This document shows, one piece after another, positions 39,214 to 52,973 of a DNA stretch of 64,000 bases. A program made the position numbers and the translations under genes. This DNA is from Octopus vulgaris (Eukaryota), in NCBI GenBank assembly GCA_951406725.2, contig OX597820.1:101060001-101124000 (forward strand). The letters run 5' to 3'. The notes beneath the pieces were generated by a model that searched no databases, was not told where the DNA came from, and was given only the letters and a program-made list of their open reading frames with translations. The first letter of the stretch is position 1, and every line of letters begins with the position of its first letter.

Positions 39214-42200
39214 TAATAATATTCTAAAAAGCTTTAAGAATAATTCATTTATTTTTGAGTGTTAGTTTAATGATATATTGGCATGTTAACTTCTTTTTAA
39301 GTTAGCTTCAGTTCATGAGAAGGGTTCTTAACGAAAACTGCTCAGCAAATTTTTTTGATCTCTGGCTTATGTAAATATCTGTTTGGGTTTTTGAAAAAAG
39401 TAATATTGTATTTTGAGAATTATCTTGCTGTCAGGCATGTGTTTCTTTTTATCTTTCTATTTACCACATATATCACAGTAACAGTGTGTATCTCTAAATG
39501 TTATCTACAGGAGGTACATCAACCCACAAACACATTGATATGGTTGTCTACATCTACAACTATAAGTACTTGCTTTTTGGCTGTTGGTTTCTACTGACTT
39601 CCAAATGAATTACTTGTTTTAACATCCTTTTTAAACCATACATAGCATAATTCTTATTTATGATATTGATAAAAAAATATATAATAATAATAATTTGATA
39701 ATCTATTAATAGAAAATATCAGTTCACTTTTTAAAAATAAAAGTCTACTCTTATTTGTCTAAAAATAATAAACTAACATTTACAATTTTTTGCTTATATT
39801 CCATCCAAGTATTTTAAGACTTGTATATGGAACTATATGTATATATATTTATATATATATGCCTTGTTGGACTCAGTTTGGTCTGTTCATTACCTCATGA
39901 GTCAATAAAATACCAGTAATATATAGGGAGTCTATTCAATCAATCAATTATTACTCTCCTTTTAAAAAATAAAATGCATTTGTGGCTAGTCAAAGGACAT
40001 CAGCATTTGAAAATGGATAAGAATTATCATGTTTAAATATTTTTCTTTGTTAGCTTTTCATGTGTTGCTTACATGTTACTTCTTGTTATTTTCTATGAAA
40101 TTAAATTTCTTCTCGATGTTATTAACATTCTGATTGTTGTCAAACACTGTTTTGTCAGATAATTTGTAAATTACTGAAGCAAGCTGATGTATGTGTTTTT
40201 CAATAATTGTCTAATAATTAAGGCTTCATTTTTAATTAGTAGCCCAAAGTATATGAATGTTGAACACATGTAGAACATACTTTTTTTTAAAATCACCTTT
40301 TAACATTTTTAAAATTTCATTTACTGCTCCAGCCACAATCAAATTCTAGCCTGCAGCTCGAAATCACTGGCAAAGACTTACTAATGTAAAGTTTTTAAAA
40401 GTCTATGCTGTTTATATATATATATACATATATATATATAATATTTGTAGGAAGACACTGCACAAAAGATAATACAAACATGTACGAAAGTCTATGGTTT
40501 TGCATAGTTATCACACTATACACTTTGAACCAGCGATTCCTTTGATCTTTCTCTGATTACAAATCAATTAGTAGTTTGGTTTTTATTAGCTCCAATTGCA
40601 GATATATGACAAAAACCTCAGTAATAACAGTATCTGTTTGTAATGACTGTGGAGAAATAGTTTTCTGCCTTCCATTACCTGAAACAGTTCTAGCTTTGTA
40701 TGCTAATGTTTTAGACATTAAGTTCTCCTCTGGGCCTTTTGAGAGCAGGAAAGGTTGACAGTGTCTCCCAAGTTTCATCATGGACTGGCTTCCCCAGACT
40801 GTCTGAGGAAGTCACTTTATGGCAAAGCTTTGAAGTTACTGTTAATTGTTCCCTTGTAAAAAATTAATTTTACGTCTTTCTTAAATCCATTGAGTAATCC
40901 TTCAGTTAATGCTTAACTGATTATGAATAAAGAAAAAAACACTAAGGGTACACACACACACACACACACATGTATATACAAACATTTTAACTAAGCAGTT
41001 AATGGTAATTCAGTTGTAATAAATACTTATCCTTTTAAATATTCCAAGAAAAAGTGCCTCACTGGAATTTAGTCTCTTCTCCCTGTGTTGTCAGAACCTT
41101 CATTAAAAGGCTCTGCCTAAAATGGCAGGTTATCTTCTCAGCTTACAAATTATTCAACCTCCTGAATTTTATTGAACTGATCTTTTCCAATGCAGAGAAA
41201 AAGACTTTTACTTTCTTCTGGTTCTACAGCTTGGCATCGTTTATTTATGTTGTAAGAGGCTAGAACCTTTTGAGTTTTGGTAAAAGCTGTCGAAAATATC
41301 CATTCTGCTGGTGTTAATAAAGCTAATTTATATCTGTTCATCACCACAGTGATCAGAAGTATGAGAAATAATTAGGATATTACTGGCTTCTTTCTATTAA
41401 AATGTCAATAATAGAATCCCCAAATCATTCCTATCTTATTATAAAATGATCATCTTTTTGCTTTCATTTTTTTAATGTTAAGCATAGTTTTAAAATCATG
41501 CTAATAGCTATAATTAATTTTTAACTATAATTAGTTTTAAGATTATGCTAACAATTGTTTTGCCTTGCACTTACAAAGCTTAAGTTCATTTTCTTTTATA
41601 AATAAGGGTTAATAAAAGCAAGGGCATCTGGCTATAAAACAACACCTCAGAAATATATTCATCTAACCCATGCTAGCCTGAAAATATGGACATAAAAATT
41701 AACAAACATCAGGAAGGAAGGAAGGACAGTATCCACAACCTTTGCATGTGCTCCCATATTGGTGAGATTCATGCAGTATATGCCTAATTCAAACATGTGC
41801 AAAACAAAGGTAGTCTGGGAGGGAACTGGGGCTGGAATTCAGAACGAAGTAGATTCTGCTTTAAAGGCACTCAAAGACTAGGTAATTGTATTAAACCAGA
41901 CAAAGTATTCAGTCTACCACCCAAGAGAGTGAAAATAGCATAAATCATATTCTTTGAATCTATAATCAATTCAGATGTTTTGAGAAACGTGAACAAAAAG
42001 TTAAACCTCTCTGGAATTAAATAACAACCAGTTGCCTAATGTATGTCTTTCTTTACAGGAGAGGGTTTTATTCTTAGTCAAAAGTTTACATGTATTTTCA
42101 GAGATATTATATCTTCAAATATTTGTAAACTATGGGGTTTAGTCATAAACAACACATTGAGCTGCTCAACAGGAATTATAACTTTGCATCTCTTGTTGAC

Positions 42201-42446
42201 CAAGAGGCAATGGTATTTATTAAAATGAAAGGGCATTGTCATTCCTTCCTAACCTACCTTTTTTAAATGAAACATTGCTAAACTGCTTACTGAGAGTTGA
42301 TATCACAACTGAAATGTGTCAATATTCATTTAGAAATTATTCAGAAAATTTTTGGACATCAACATGATACCTTTACAAAGCAAGATAGCATATTTTGATT
42401 TCATGCATAGCCAAACTGTTGATTCCAAAAAAATTATATATATATA

Positions 42447-42539
42447 CTCAATATAAAATAGTGTACATTTAAACACAAGAGAAACTACCTTTTAAAGGTA
42501 GTTTCTTTTGTGTTTAAATGTACACTATTTTATATTGAG
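42447..42539. repeat. 93-bp palindrome (46-bp arms, 1 mismatch, 1-nt centre)
   Basis: Arms 42447-42492 and 42494-42539 compared base by base. Confidence 0.95.
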
Positions 42540-43885
42540 AATATGTTGTCTATTGACTTTTTATACATGCTAGGCCACCGGTAGTGAAATTTCTGAAAAT
42601 ATTCGCTACTCTATATATATATTTTATATATACATATATATATATATATATATAATGAGAAGCATAAAAGCATAAATTTCACACAGTTCATATGTTGCCC
42701 GTTCCAGCTGTTTCAATGGCATAAAATACATAATTCATTTGAAAGTAATGTGTTATCCACAATCTTCAGGAGAAAAAAATGATATATATTTATCATCTGA
42801 TTATGTTTCATTTTGTACAATCAATAACCTAAATCATTAAAGTATTTTACCAAACAAATCTTCCATGCCAATAAAAAAAAGTTCATATTACTGAATCATT
42901 TGAAATAGTTCTTTGCCCCTATATTTTCTTTATCCCATTACTTTCTCTGACAAAAATTACTTAATAGATATTGGCATTAATATTAATCTTTCATAAATAT
43001 CCTGGTTGTGAATTGAGAGAGTTAACTTCATTTGTGGTAACTTTTAATAATTTCACAGTGTTTCTAGAACCCATACCCATTCTGAATTCAATAAATTCTT
43101 ACCAGAATTGATTCCCTCAGCTTGGTGTGAGGTGGGACATGGTTATGAGCTTAGATTCTACTAACTATACTCTCTTTTAAAAAGCAAAACACTTTGTACC
43201 ATGGCAAAAGATATCATCATCTGTTTCATATTTATTTCTATAGTACATTTCCCTAAATTTTTTGATCCATTATTTTCAGGAATCAATGGTTCTATAAAAT
43301 ATAGATATGGAAATAATAAAAAAAAAACAAAAACAAAACAAACAAACTATGAATTAAATGTTTCTTCCTATATGGCTAATGTTAAGTTAAAGGACCATAA
43401 TGTTTTACTGTTCTTTAGTTTAACAAATTGCCTTGGCTAGAATTATTTCAAGATTACTTCAGAGTGATTAAGGATTAATCTTGAAATGACTACTGGAATT
43501 CTTTGAGTCTGCAGGGGAAAAAAAAAAAAATTAAACCAACTATATTGTTGTATTTTGTTGTCTGTTGTGTGTCTATTAATTTTTTTTTTTTTTTTTTCAC
43601 ATGTGTCATCTTTTTCATTAATAAAGAGGAGAAAATACTTACCCAAGAATTTCTACCTCTCTTCTTCCTCCTCATCAGAAATGTCTATCTACCTCTTTAG
43701 TGTCTCAGAAATTCCAACCCTTAGTCCCTGGTAGGATTAAATGGATGATTATATAGTGTAATAATCTGGTCTGGACAAATGATTTTATTGCCTCACACAC
43801 CCACACAAAATACTTCTTTGGAAGTTTTACATACCTATTTAGTTTTACTATGGCCAGATTACTTAGTTTGTATTTTCATTATGCT

Positions 43886-43950
43886 ATATATATATATATA
43901 TGTTATATATGCACATATATATATTTATATATATATTTTATATATATATA

Positions 43951-44025
<75 letters not shown>
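43886..44025. repeat. (TA)n microsatellite
   Basis: Read directly. Confidence 0.95.
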
Positions 44026-44027
<2 letters not shown>

Positions 44028-44800
44028 GTATGCATGTATGTATATGAATGTATGAAATATAATGGTTAGCTGTAATCATTCCTGTGTCTTAAATAAAATG
44101 TCATTAAATTTTTGTGTTATTACTGAGTCGTGTTTTATTTTTTTGCTTTTAATTGCTTTATTTCCCTTAGCATCATATTTTCCACTTTTAACTGATGATT
44201 TTGAACATCATCATCATCATCGTTGCTTTATGTTAACTGTTTATACTGGTACGAGTTGGACAGATTTGCTAACCTAAACAAGTTGATGGTGGGGATGGGA
44301 AGAAACCTTGTCTCACTCATGTTTCAGTTTGGCTGGGTGCCCTTCCTCACACCAACCAGTTTACAGTATATACAAGGTGTGTTTTTCATGACACCAGCTC
44401 TAGAAATGTAGTCATGTTCTCGACATGACAAAAAGGACCTTACAACTTTTTGTTCCTGTTCAATTGTCTTCCTCTTTACATAGTGATAAGTTTACAGAGT
44501 GATACAGGCATGAATAATAGTGATGAGCAGGATGTATGATAAGAAGTGGAGTGATAGAAGTACCCAATATTCTGAGGTAGGAACAATTACATTATGTAGC
44601 AAAATTTCTTTTGTCTTAGGTCAGTAAGTGCTATTTCCTATTTGCTTCTATCTGGAAATCAAAGGCAATGACTATTATTCCCTTCAAACTTTGCTTTTAT
44701 GACCTGGATATCAATGTTTTAAAACTGACCTATTTTCCATTACACTTCAGTGTCTCTTAGTGATTGAATGTGCATCCCTGATCATGAGTAGGAGTAGTTA

Positions 44801-45047
44801 AAATAATAAGAATAATGAAATAATTGTATACAGTGCTCAGGTGCACCACAACTTGTCAGAAAATGCGTATAAAGTATATGCAGTAATGTACAAATGTCTG
44901 GAAAGTGAACAATGTATGAGTCAGATACATGCTTGTGTGTGTATGGAGGGGAGAAAATCAGGTGTAGTGTTGGCAAATCTCAGAAAGCATGGAAGTTGTG
45001 AAGGATGCAGTGCTCCGACAACTAACAACTGATGCCGGCAGTTTGTT
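44801..45047 (-). mobile_element. CR1-type LINE 3' end
   Basis: Inverse of 46001-46277. Shares its tail with 50917-51535. Confidence 0.8.
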
Positions 45048-46000
45048 ATGACTGAGATTGGCAGAAGTCTATGTGACCCAAGAGACAGAACAATGACAGA
45101 GGTCCAGGATGTTGTGCACATTTGGAATTTCTTTCTTTATCTGGCAAGCTATAATAACTAAATAGTTTTGCAACTTTTGCTTACCAACCACATGGTTCTG
45201 GGTTCAGTCCACTGCATGACACCTTGGACAAGTATCTTCTTCTATAGCCTCAGTCTGACCAAAACCTTGTGACTGAATTTGATAGACAGAAACTAGGAGC
45301 TTGTCGTATATATGTATGTGTGTGTGTGTGTGCATCTTTGTATCTTGTGTTTGTCCCCCACCACTGCTTGACATTCGGTGTTGGTGCATTTACATCCAGT
45401 AACTTAGCAGTTTGGCAAAAGAGGAAAATAGAATAAGTAACAGGTTTAATAAAATTAATAAGTCCTGGGGCCGATTTATTGACGAAAATTTCTGAAGGCA
45501 GTGCCCCAGCATGGCCGCAGTATAATGACTAAAACAAGTAAAAAAATATTGAGTTTACATAGTATAAATTAGGAAGATAAGCTACTCAAATATTCTGGTT
45601 AATGACGGAGCTTATGTGATTATTTAACAAACTGGAGATTGGAATAAATTCTCCGTCAAGTCACATTCCACCATATCAAAGCAAGAGTGAAGGCTCGGGA
45701 TACTTTTAAAGAGGCGGGATATTCATGGACGGAACGCCTTTTAATTGGAGAGCTACTCAATATGAGGTGAAACAACTCAGATATTTTTAAAGAGTTCTCT
45801 CCCTTGAATATGTTATTTTTTTTATGTAATGGACGTCGTTAGGTTGTGTCCATGCTGGAGCACTGTATGAAGGGTTTTTAGTCGAACAAATCGTCTCCAG
45901 GACTTTTTTTAAAGCCTAGTACTTATTCTACCAGTCTCTTCTGCCTTACCACTAAGTTACGGGAATGTACCAGTTGTTAAAGGGTGGGTGGGAACACAAA

Positions 46001-46277
46001 TATTTTTTCCCGCTGAGAGTTGCTGAAGCATGGAACAAACTGCCGGCATCAGTTGTTAGTTGTCGGAGCACTGCATCCTTCAAAACTTCCATGCTTCCTG
46101 AGATTCGTCAACACTACACCTGATTTTCTTCCCTCCATACACACACAAACATGTATCTGACTCATACACTGTTCACCTTCCAAACATTTGTACATTACTG
46201 CATATGCTTTATACGCATTTTCTGACAAGTTGTGGTGCACCTGGGCACTGTATACAATAATTTCATTATTATTATTA
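46001..46277 (+). mobile_element. CR1-type LINE 3' end nested in a family B SINE
   Basis: FFPLRVAEAWNKLPASVVSCRSTASFKTSMLPEIRQHYT* followed by an (ATT)n tail. Confidence 0.85.
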
Positions 46278-47060
46278 TATATGCATATATATATATATAT
46301 ATATACGACGAACGTCTTTCAGTTTACATCCACCCACAAGGTTTTAGTTGGTCTCAGGCTATAATAGAAGACACTTCTATTATAGACACTTGCCCCCCAT
46401 GATGTTGTGCATTGGGACTGAACCGAGAACCATGTGGTTGGGAAGCAAGCTTCTTACCATACAGCCACACCTGTGCCTAATTTAAAAAATAATATTATGT
46501 GGTGTCTATAACCTCCACAGATATTCATAGACTGGTGAGATTAATGTGGTTGACATTTAGTTTTAACATCTGTAAGACAAACTCTGTAGGGAAAAATGTG
46601 GGCTCAAAAGAAATCCAGAGTAATGAGACAAACATTTGCTGGTCAGTTGTGTGTGTGTGTGTGTGTGTGTGTGCATGAAGGTCTGTGTCTTGGTGGTTAA
46701 AGTGTTTTACTCGTGATTGCAAAGTCGTGGTTTCAATACGCTGTGTTTTCTTGTGTGAAACACTTTATTTAAAATGTTATTCAAATCCACTCGGCTATAA
46801 ATGAGTAATCATGTGATGAATCGGTTGCCCATACTGAGGAAATATTGTGATTTCGGTCTCTTATACATCTGAAATAAATGGGTAACTGGCACTCTGAGCC
46901 TTAGGACTAACTATATTAGGTAGACAGAACCTAAAAGAAAACCATCATGTGTGTGTGTATGTGCATGTGTTTGTGTGTTTATGTGTAAGTTCATGTATTT
47001 GTATGTATGTGTGTGAGTGCATGTGTTTGTGTATGTATGTGTGTATATGTGTGAGTACGT

Positions 47061-47397
47061 GAAGGCGCATGGCTCAGTGGTTAGAGCGTCGAGCTTATGA
47101 TCGTGAGGTTGTGAGCTCGAATCCTGGATCGGGCTGTGTGTTGTGTTCTTGAGCAAGACACTTTATTTCATGTTGCTCCAGTTCACTCAGCTGTAGAAAT
47201 GAGTTACGACGTCACTGGTGCCAAGCCGTATCGGCCCTTGCCTTTCCCTTGGATAACACTGGTGGCGTGGAGATGGGAGGCCGGTATGCATGGGTGACTA
47301 CTGGTCTTCCATAAACAACCTTGCCTGGACTTGTACCTGGGAGGGTAACTTTCTAGGTGCAATCCCATGGTTTGTGTCATGACCGAAGGGGGTCTCA
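47061..47397 (+). mobile_element. tRNA-headed SINE (further family)
   Basis: TGGCTCAGTGG A box and CTCGAATCC B box. Second copy at 50286-50630. Confidence 0.8.
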
Positions 47398-50300
47398 GAT
47401 ATGTGTGAGTGCATGTGAGTGTGCGCATGCATGTGTGTGTGCACACACATGTGTTTGTGTGTGTGTTTACATTTGCACTGTATGAATATCATGAGCTATG
47501 AATGCTGCTGTCTCATCTCCTGTCGACATATCACCCATATGGTTCATGTCTTCAAAGATGTATGAAATAAGAGATCCCTACTTGAAAAGTAGATAAGGGT
47601 TGGGAACAGGATAGACATCCAGCTGTAAAACAATATCTTAATAATACATTCATCTAACCCATGCTAGCATGGAAAAATGGACTGAAAACAAACAAATGAA
47701 ATTTATTATGTGATAATGTAATATTTCCTAAAATTGTGATGTGTTTATTTTTAAACACATCAATACAGACATCACTGAGTGTTATGTTTAGGAACGCCAA
47801 AAAATTTTGCCATAAGCACAGATGGTAAGATATTGGGTGGATTAAACTACTATTTTGTTACTATTTTTTAATATCCATTTTTTTTGTAAAAAGCACCAAC
47901 CGATCGTAGCTGCTGCCAGCCTCCCCTGGCACGTAAAAAGCACCCACTACACTCATGGAGTGGTTGGCGTTAGGAAGGGCATCCAGCTGTAGAAATACTG
48001 CCAGATCAGACTGGAGCCTGGTGCAGCCTCCTGGCTTCCCAGACCCCGGTCAAACCATCCAACCTGTGCTAGCACGGAAAACGGACGTTAAACGATGATG
48101 ATGATGATGATGATGATGATGAATCTAGTATGAATTAGATTGATCTATTCTACAATTCCTATATTACTATCCTGCAATAGTACACATATGAAGTTATGTT
48201 TAACTACTTTCTCAAGTCATTGTTGTTTTATCTCTGCTATGAAAATACAACAAAAAAAATCACAAATTTATGTGTTTGTATTTTTCGGGAGGAACTTCTC
48301 TTTTGGCAAGCATCATTCAATTACACTACATATTTATACTATGTCTTTCAAGAAGATGTGGTTTTAGCACATGATGATGCTGAAGGAAATGTGAGGCTTC
48401 TTACTGAACATGAAACAGCTGGAAAATCCATTATCATGAGGTTTTCTATAAATAATAGGATGGAAGAGAAGATAACTGCATAAGTCTTATCATAGAGTAA
48501 ATAAATTATTTCTGAGATGGTTCTTTAATAATAACAGTATGAAAGGAAACATGACTATATATTGGTTTCAAATTTTAGCAGAAGGCCAACAATTTGTGGG
48601 GAGCGGGTAAGTCAATTACTCCAGCCACAATGATCAACTGGTACTTATTTTATCAACCCTGAAACGATGAAAGGCAAAGTCAACCTCTGTGGAATTTGAA
48701 CTCAGGATGTAAAGACAGACGAAATGCTGCTAAGCATTTTGCCTAGTGGGCTAACAATTCTGTCAGCTTTGTAAGATATATGATATTGTAAATCTATTAT
48801 ACTTGAGGAGGCTCTCAATTGATAGCAATACGAAACAGAAAATAATTAAATGTTGTAAGTTATATGATCTGGTACGTAAATTATCATTACTAAAAACAAT
48901 TACACATCAAGATGGTTTCCTAATAGTTAATGCAGTCAATGTGCTTCTTTGTGAAGCTTTGTTGATATCTGCAGTTTGTGACAAATGAGAACTAGAATTG
49001 TTAGATGTGATTGAAACCTAAATTCATTCAACAGTTTGCTGTTGGTTGCTTCCACCCTTAGCAACGAAACTTTATAGTGACTAAGCAATTTCACCTGCTG
49101 TGGAGATTCAGAAGAAATCTTTCAGTCAATTTTCATAGCAACAGGTACGTGTGACATCTCATCTTGTTTGCCGTGAAGAATTTGTTTAGCAGGTGTAAAT
49201 TGTTTATCTATCATGGCCTACAAAATTCCATACTGAATTTCTACCTGCAAGCACCAACAAGTAGCATAAATTCACCACTGTTTTTAGCACCCAGTTACTC
49301 TCTTAACATGCTTATGCTTAACCTATCTGGTAAATAAAAACTGCACACCCAGCAAACTTTACTTAGACTGGAACTGCAAAAGAACTTGCAGTCCCTTTGC
49401 ATTTAGTGCCTGTGTTTCAAAGGATTATAACATTACTTTATAAGGAGACAGAATTCATTCCTCAAAACTCTTTTGATTTTCTTCACATCCTTGTTAGAGC
49501 CAGCCATCACTCACAACAAAAAAAAAGTTAATTTCTTGAGTCATGCCAACTCACAAGGGCAAGTTTCCTGGTTTCCAAGCTGTATATATTTTTTCCACCT
49601 GGATGGGAAGCCAGTCTATCGTAGGTTTACTCATTTTTGCCGGCCGAGTGCACTGGAGCAACATGAAATGAAATGTTTTGCTCAAGGACACAATGTGTCA
49701 CCCAGACCAGGAATTGAAACCACAATCCTACAACCATGAGTCCACCACCCTAACCACTAAGCCACAAGCCTCTACAGCCATCACTCATGAACAAGTATGA
49801 CTTTGTAACATGTACCTTGCTAATTCTTTTACGTGCATATGTTGTTGTGAGTAGACATTGACACTTTCTAGACTGTCCCATATTTTGACCCAGTGATACA
49901 TGTCTCTGGAGAGAGAGAGAGAGAGACAGACGGACAGACAGACAGACTGACAGAGACAGACACACAGACAAAGACAGAGAGAGAGATGCACATGCACTCA
50001 GCTGGTACACATTTTCAACTGAGTAAAGTGGAGCAACATGAACTGCAGTACCTTACTCAAGGACACAATGTGCTACCTACTCCTGAAATTGAACTCACAA
50101 CATCACGATCATGAGTCAGATACCCTTAACCACTAGGCTACAGGCCTTCACTAAATCCTTGTCACTTCATTACAAAGAGCTACGCCACTTTTATGATCAT
50201 ATGATTTTTTTGTATTTATTAAAAATCTTGATAGGCAAATAATTACATATATAGATAATTTAATAATTACACATATACAACATATGAAGGCATATGGCTC

Positions 50301-50916
50301 AGTGGTTAGAATATCGAACTCATAATCATGAAGTAGTGAGTTCAGTTCCTAACCCAGGTTGTGTTGTGTTCTTGAGCAAAACACTTTATTTCACATTGCT
50401 CCAGTTCACTCAGCTGTAGAAATGAATTGTAATATCACTGGTGCCAAGCTGTATTGACCTTTGTCTTTCCCTGGGATAACATTGGTGGCATAGAGAGGGG
50501 AAGCTGGTATGCATGGGTGACTACTGGTCTTCTATAAACAGCCTTGCCCAGACTTGTGCCTCGGAGGGTGCAAAACCATTCTAGGTGCAAACCCTTGGTC
50601 ATTTATGACTGAAGGGAGATCTTTACACTTTTTAAATAGCACATAGTTTTTTACTTTTTTGTTTCAGTCATTTGACTGTGGCCATGCTAGAGCACTGCCA
50701 TATGTATATGATATATATATATAATCCTTTCTACTGGAGATATAAAGCCTCAAATTTGGGGGGAATGGACTAGTCGATTACATCAACCCCAGTAATTCAC
50801 TGGTACTTAATTTATTGACCCCCAAAAGGATGAAAGGCAAAGTTGACCTTGGTGGAATTTGAACTCAGAATGTAGTGATGGGCAAAATACCGCTAAGCAT
50901 TTTGCCCAGCATGCTA

Positions 50917-51535
50917 ATAATAATAATAATAATAATTGTGTACAGTGCTCAGGTGCACTACAACTCATCTAAAGTGTATATATAATCAGGTGTAGTTTCG
51001 ACGGATTTCGGGAAGCATGAGGGCCTTAAAGGATGCAGTGTCATGGCAGTCAACAACTGATGCAGGCAGTTTATTCCACGCTTCAGCAACCCTGAGCGTG
51101 AAAAAATGTTTCCGAAAGTCATGGGAGCTGTGCTGTTTTCTGACTTTGTAGGCATGTCCACGTGTGTTAGACACATGGAGATCAAAAAGGTGTTCAGTGT
51201 TGTTGTTGGTGAGGTGGTTGATAACCTTGTGGGTGTTTACCAAGTCCGTCGCTAGACGCCGGAGCTTCAGTGAATCCATGCCCAGGGAAACAAGGCGCTC
51301 AGAATATGGTAGGTGTCTGATGGAGGGTATGCGTTTGGTTGCACGTCTCTGGACAGATTCCAGGAGGTCAATGTTCTGAGCAAGATAGGGATTCCAAACT
51401 GATGATGCGAATTCCAAGTGTGGTCGTACCATAGCTGTATACAGTTTTAAATAGATGGCTGGAGAGCGGCTAACAAAAGTCTTGCTGAGTGATGCCAAGA
51501 CACCCTCGGCCTTCTTGACAATTTTAGAGACTCTT
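50917..51535 (-). mobile_element. 5'-truncated CR1 LINE (RT C-terminal region) inserted in a family A SINE
   Basis: ORF 50986-51498 has LYTAMVRPHLEFASSVWNP, LESVQRRATK, TRGH and RVAEAWNKLP. (ATT)n tail. The SINE resumes at about 51537. Confidence 0.92.
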
Positions 51536-52536
51536 TTAATGACTCTGCCAGCTCGCTGTCTTATATGATATATATATATAATACAAAACTACATTAAAAT
51601 ACAAATCTAAAAGCAAAGAAAACATAGGAATGTGCCAAGAGAAAATAAAAAGAAGAAAAATTGAGGTAAAAAAGGACGAAAGGAAGAAAAGAAAGAAGTC
51701 CTTAATTCAACATTTCAATTGGTCACACACTGTAAAGTCCAATAGAACCTACTGAAGCAAGCTTAAACACTTGCAGCATTACCATGGGCGATGGCAAAGC
51801 TAAAGCATTGATATAGCCACACATCCTCACAGGTACCATCTAACACCTTGGTAAGGTGGGCCACCAACGATGACAAGAATTTTACTGTTAGTGGCCCAGC
51901 CTGATAAACATTGTCTATGTGTTTCAGTCAATACTGAAAATAATAAAAGCAAAAGCACTCAGAGAGCACAAACCTCCGCCAAGGCAACACCAACGTCCTC
52001 TCAAAAGTTAACCAGAGACTGCTCTCACAAATGAGAATACTAAAAATGAACCCAACCACTCTCAAATGGAAAAAATAATCCAAATGTATACATATTGAGT
52101 GAAGGAAGAGGAGATGAAATACTAATACAGTGAAGGGGAAGTAGTGAGAGTAATGGCCATGACTGAGAGGGAGTGAAAGAAAGTAATGACAATGGGCAAA
52201 GAGAGCATCATATGAATGAGAAAGGAAGGCGTGATAGATGAATAACGAAGGAAGGAGTGAAAAAGCCAATAAATGGCATTTGAAGTCTGAGTATATGTGT
52301 GTGTAAAAGAGAGGTATGTTTACGTGCGTGTGTGTGTGTGTGTGTGTGTATGTGTGTGTGTGTGTGCATGTCTGTACAATGGAAATGGGATTGTAATGTT
52401 CAACATTGAAAATGTATGAGTGTATGTGTGTGCATGTAAAAGAGAACTATGTGAAACTTAACATATACATGTAAAGTAAAAAGAATTGGAAAAATAATCC
52501 AGAATCCTTGTCCAGTATCGGATTAATACCCAAATC

Positions 52537-52973
52537 GGATCTTTTCGGTTTGAACGGCAGTTTTTTCTAGCGGTGTCATATGAAATTGTCACTCATAATT
52601 ATGACCCTAGTATCGATCTATTGCATTTCAATCTACTTTAGGGTTAGGGTTAGTTAGGGTTAGGGTTAGGGTTAGGGTTGGGGGAAGGGTATCTTTTTTT
52701 CTTCACAAATGTAAATAAACCCAATCTGTTTCTTAAACGAGGGACATATTCATACGGCACAGAATGTTGTTTACCTCAATGGACATCAGTGATTGGTTGA
52801 AATTGCAGAAATTGAAGAAAAAAACAACAAATATCTTACAAACTATAGAATTTTCTCAATAAAGCCAAGAGAAAAAGATGTTTTATAAACACATTCTACC
52901 AGGATACGAAGTTTAAAATTTTTTAGTTACCTAGAAATTATGTTAAAAACTGCCTTTCAAACCGAAAAGATCC
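52537..52973. mobile_element. TIR MITE (Merlin-like) with internal (TTAGGG)n
   Basis: 29-bp TIRs GGATCTTTTCGGTTTGAAMGGCAGTTTTT (1 mismatch). 8-bp TSD CCCAAATC/CCAAAATC. Confidence 0.85.
52638..52677 (+). repeat. Interstitial telomeric repeat, 6 x TTAGGG plus one partial unit
   Basis: Read directly. Confidence 0.95.

Noticed and set aside
40557-40860. Short ORFs in a GC-richer patch
   Set aside because: No recognisable homology, and no frame stays open from the candidate acceptor; kept only as part of the possible non-coding transcript
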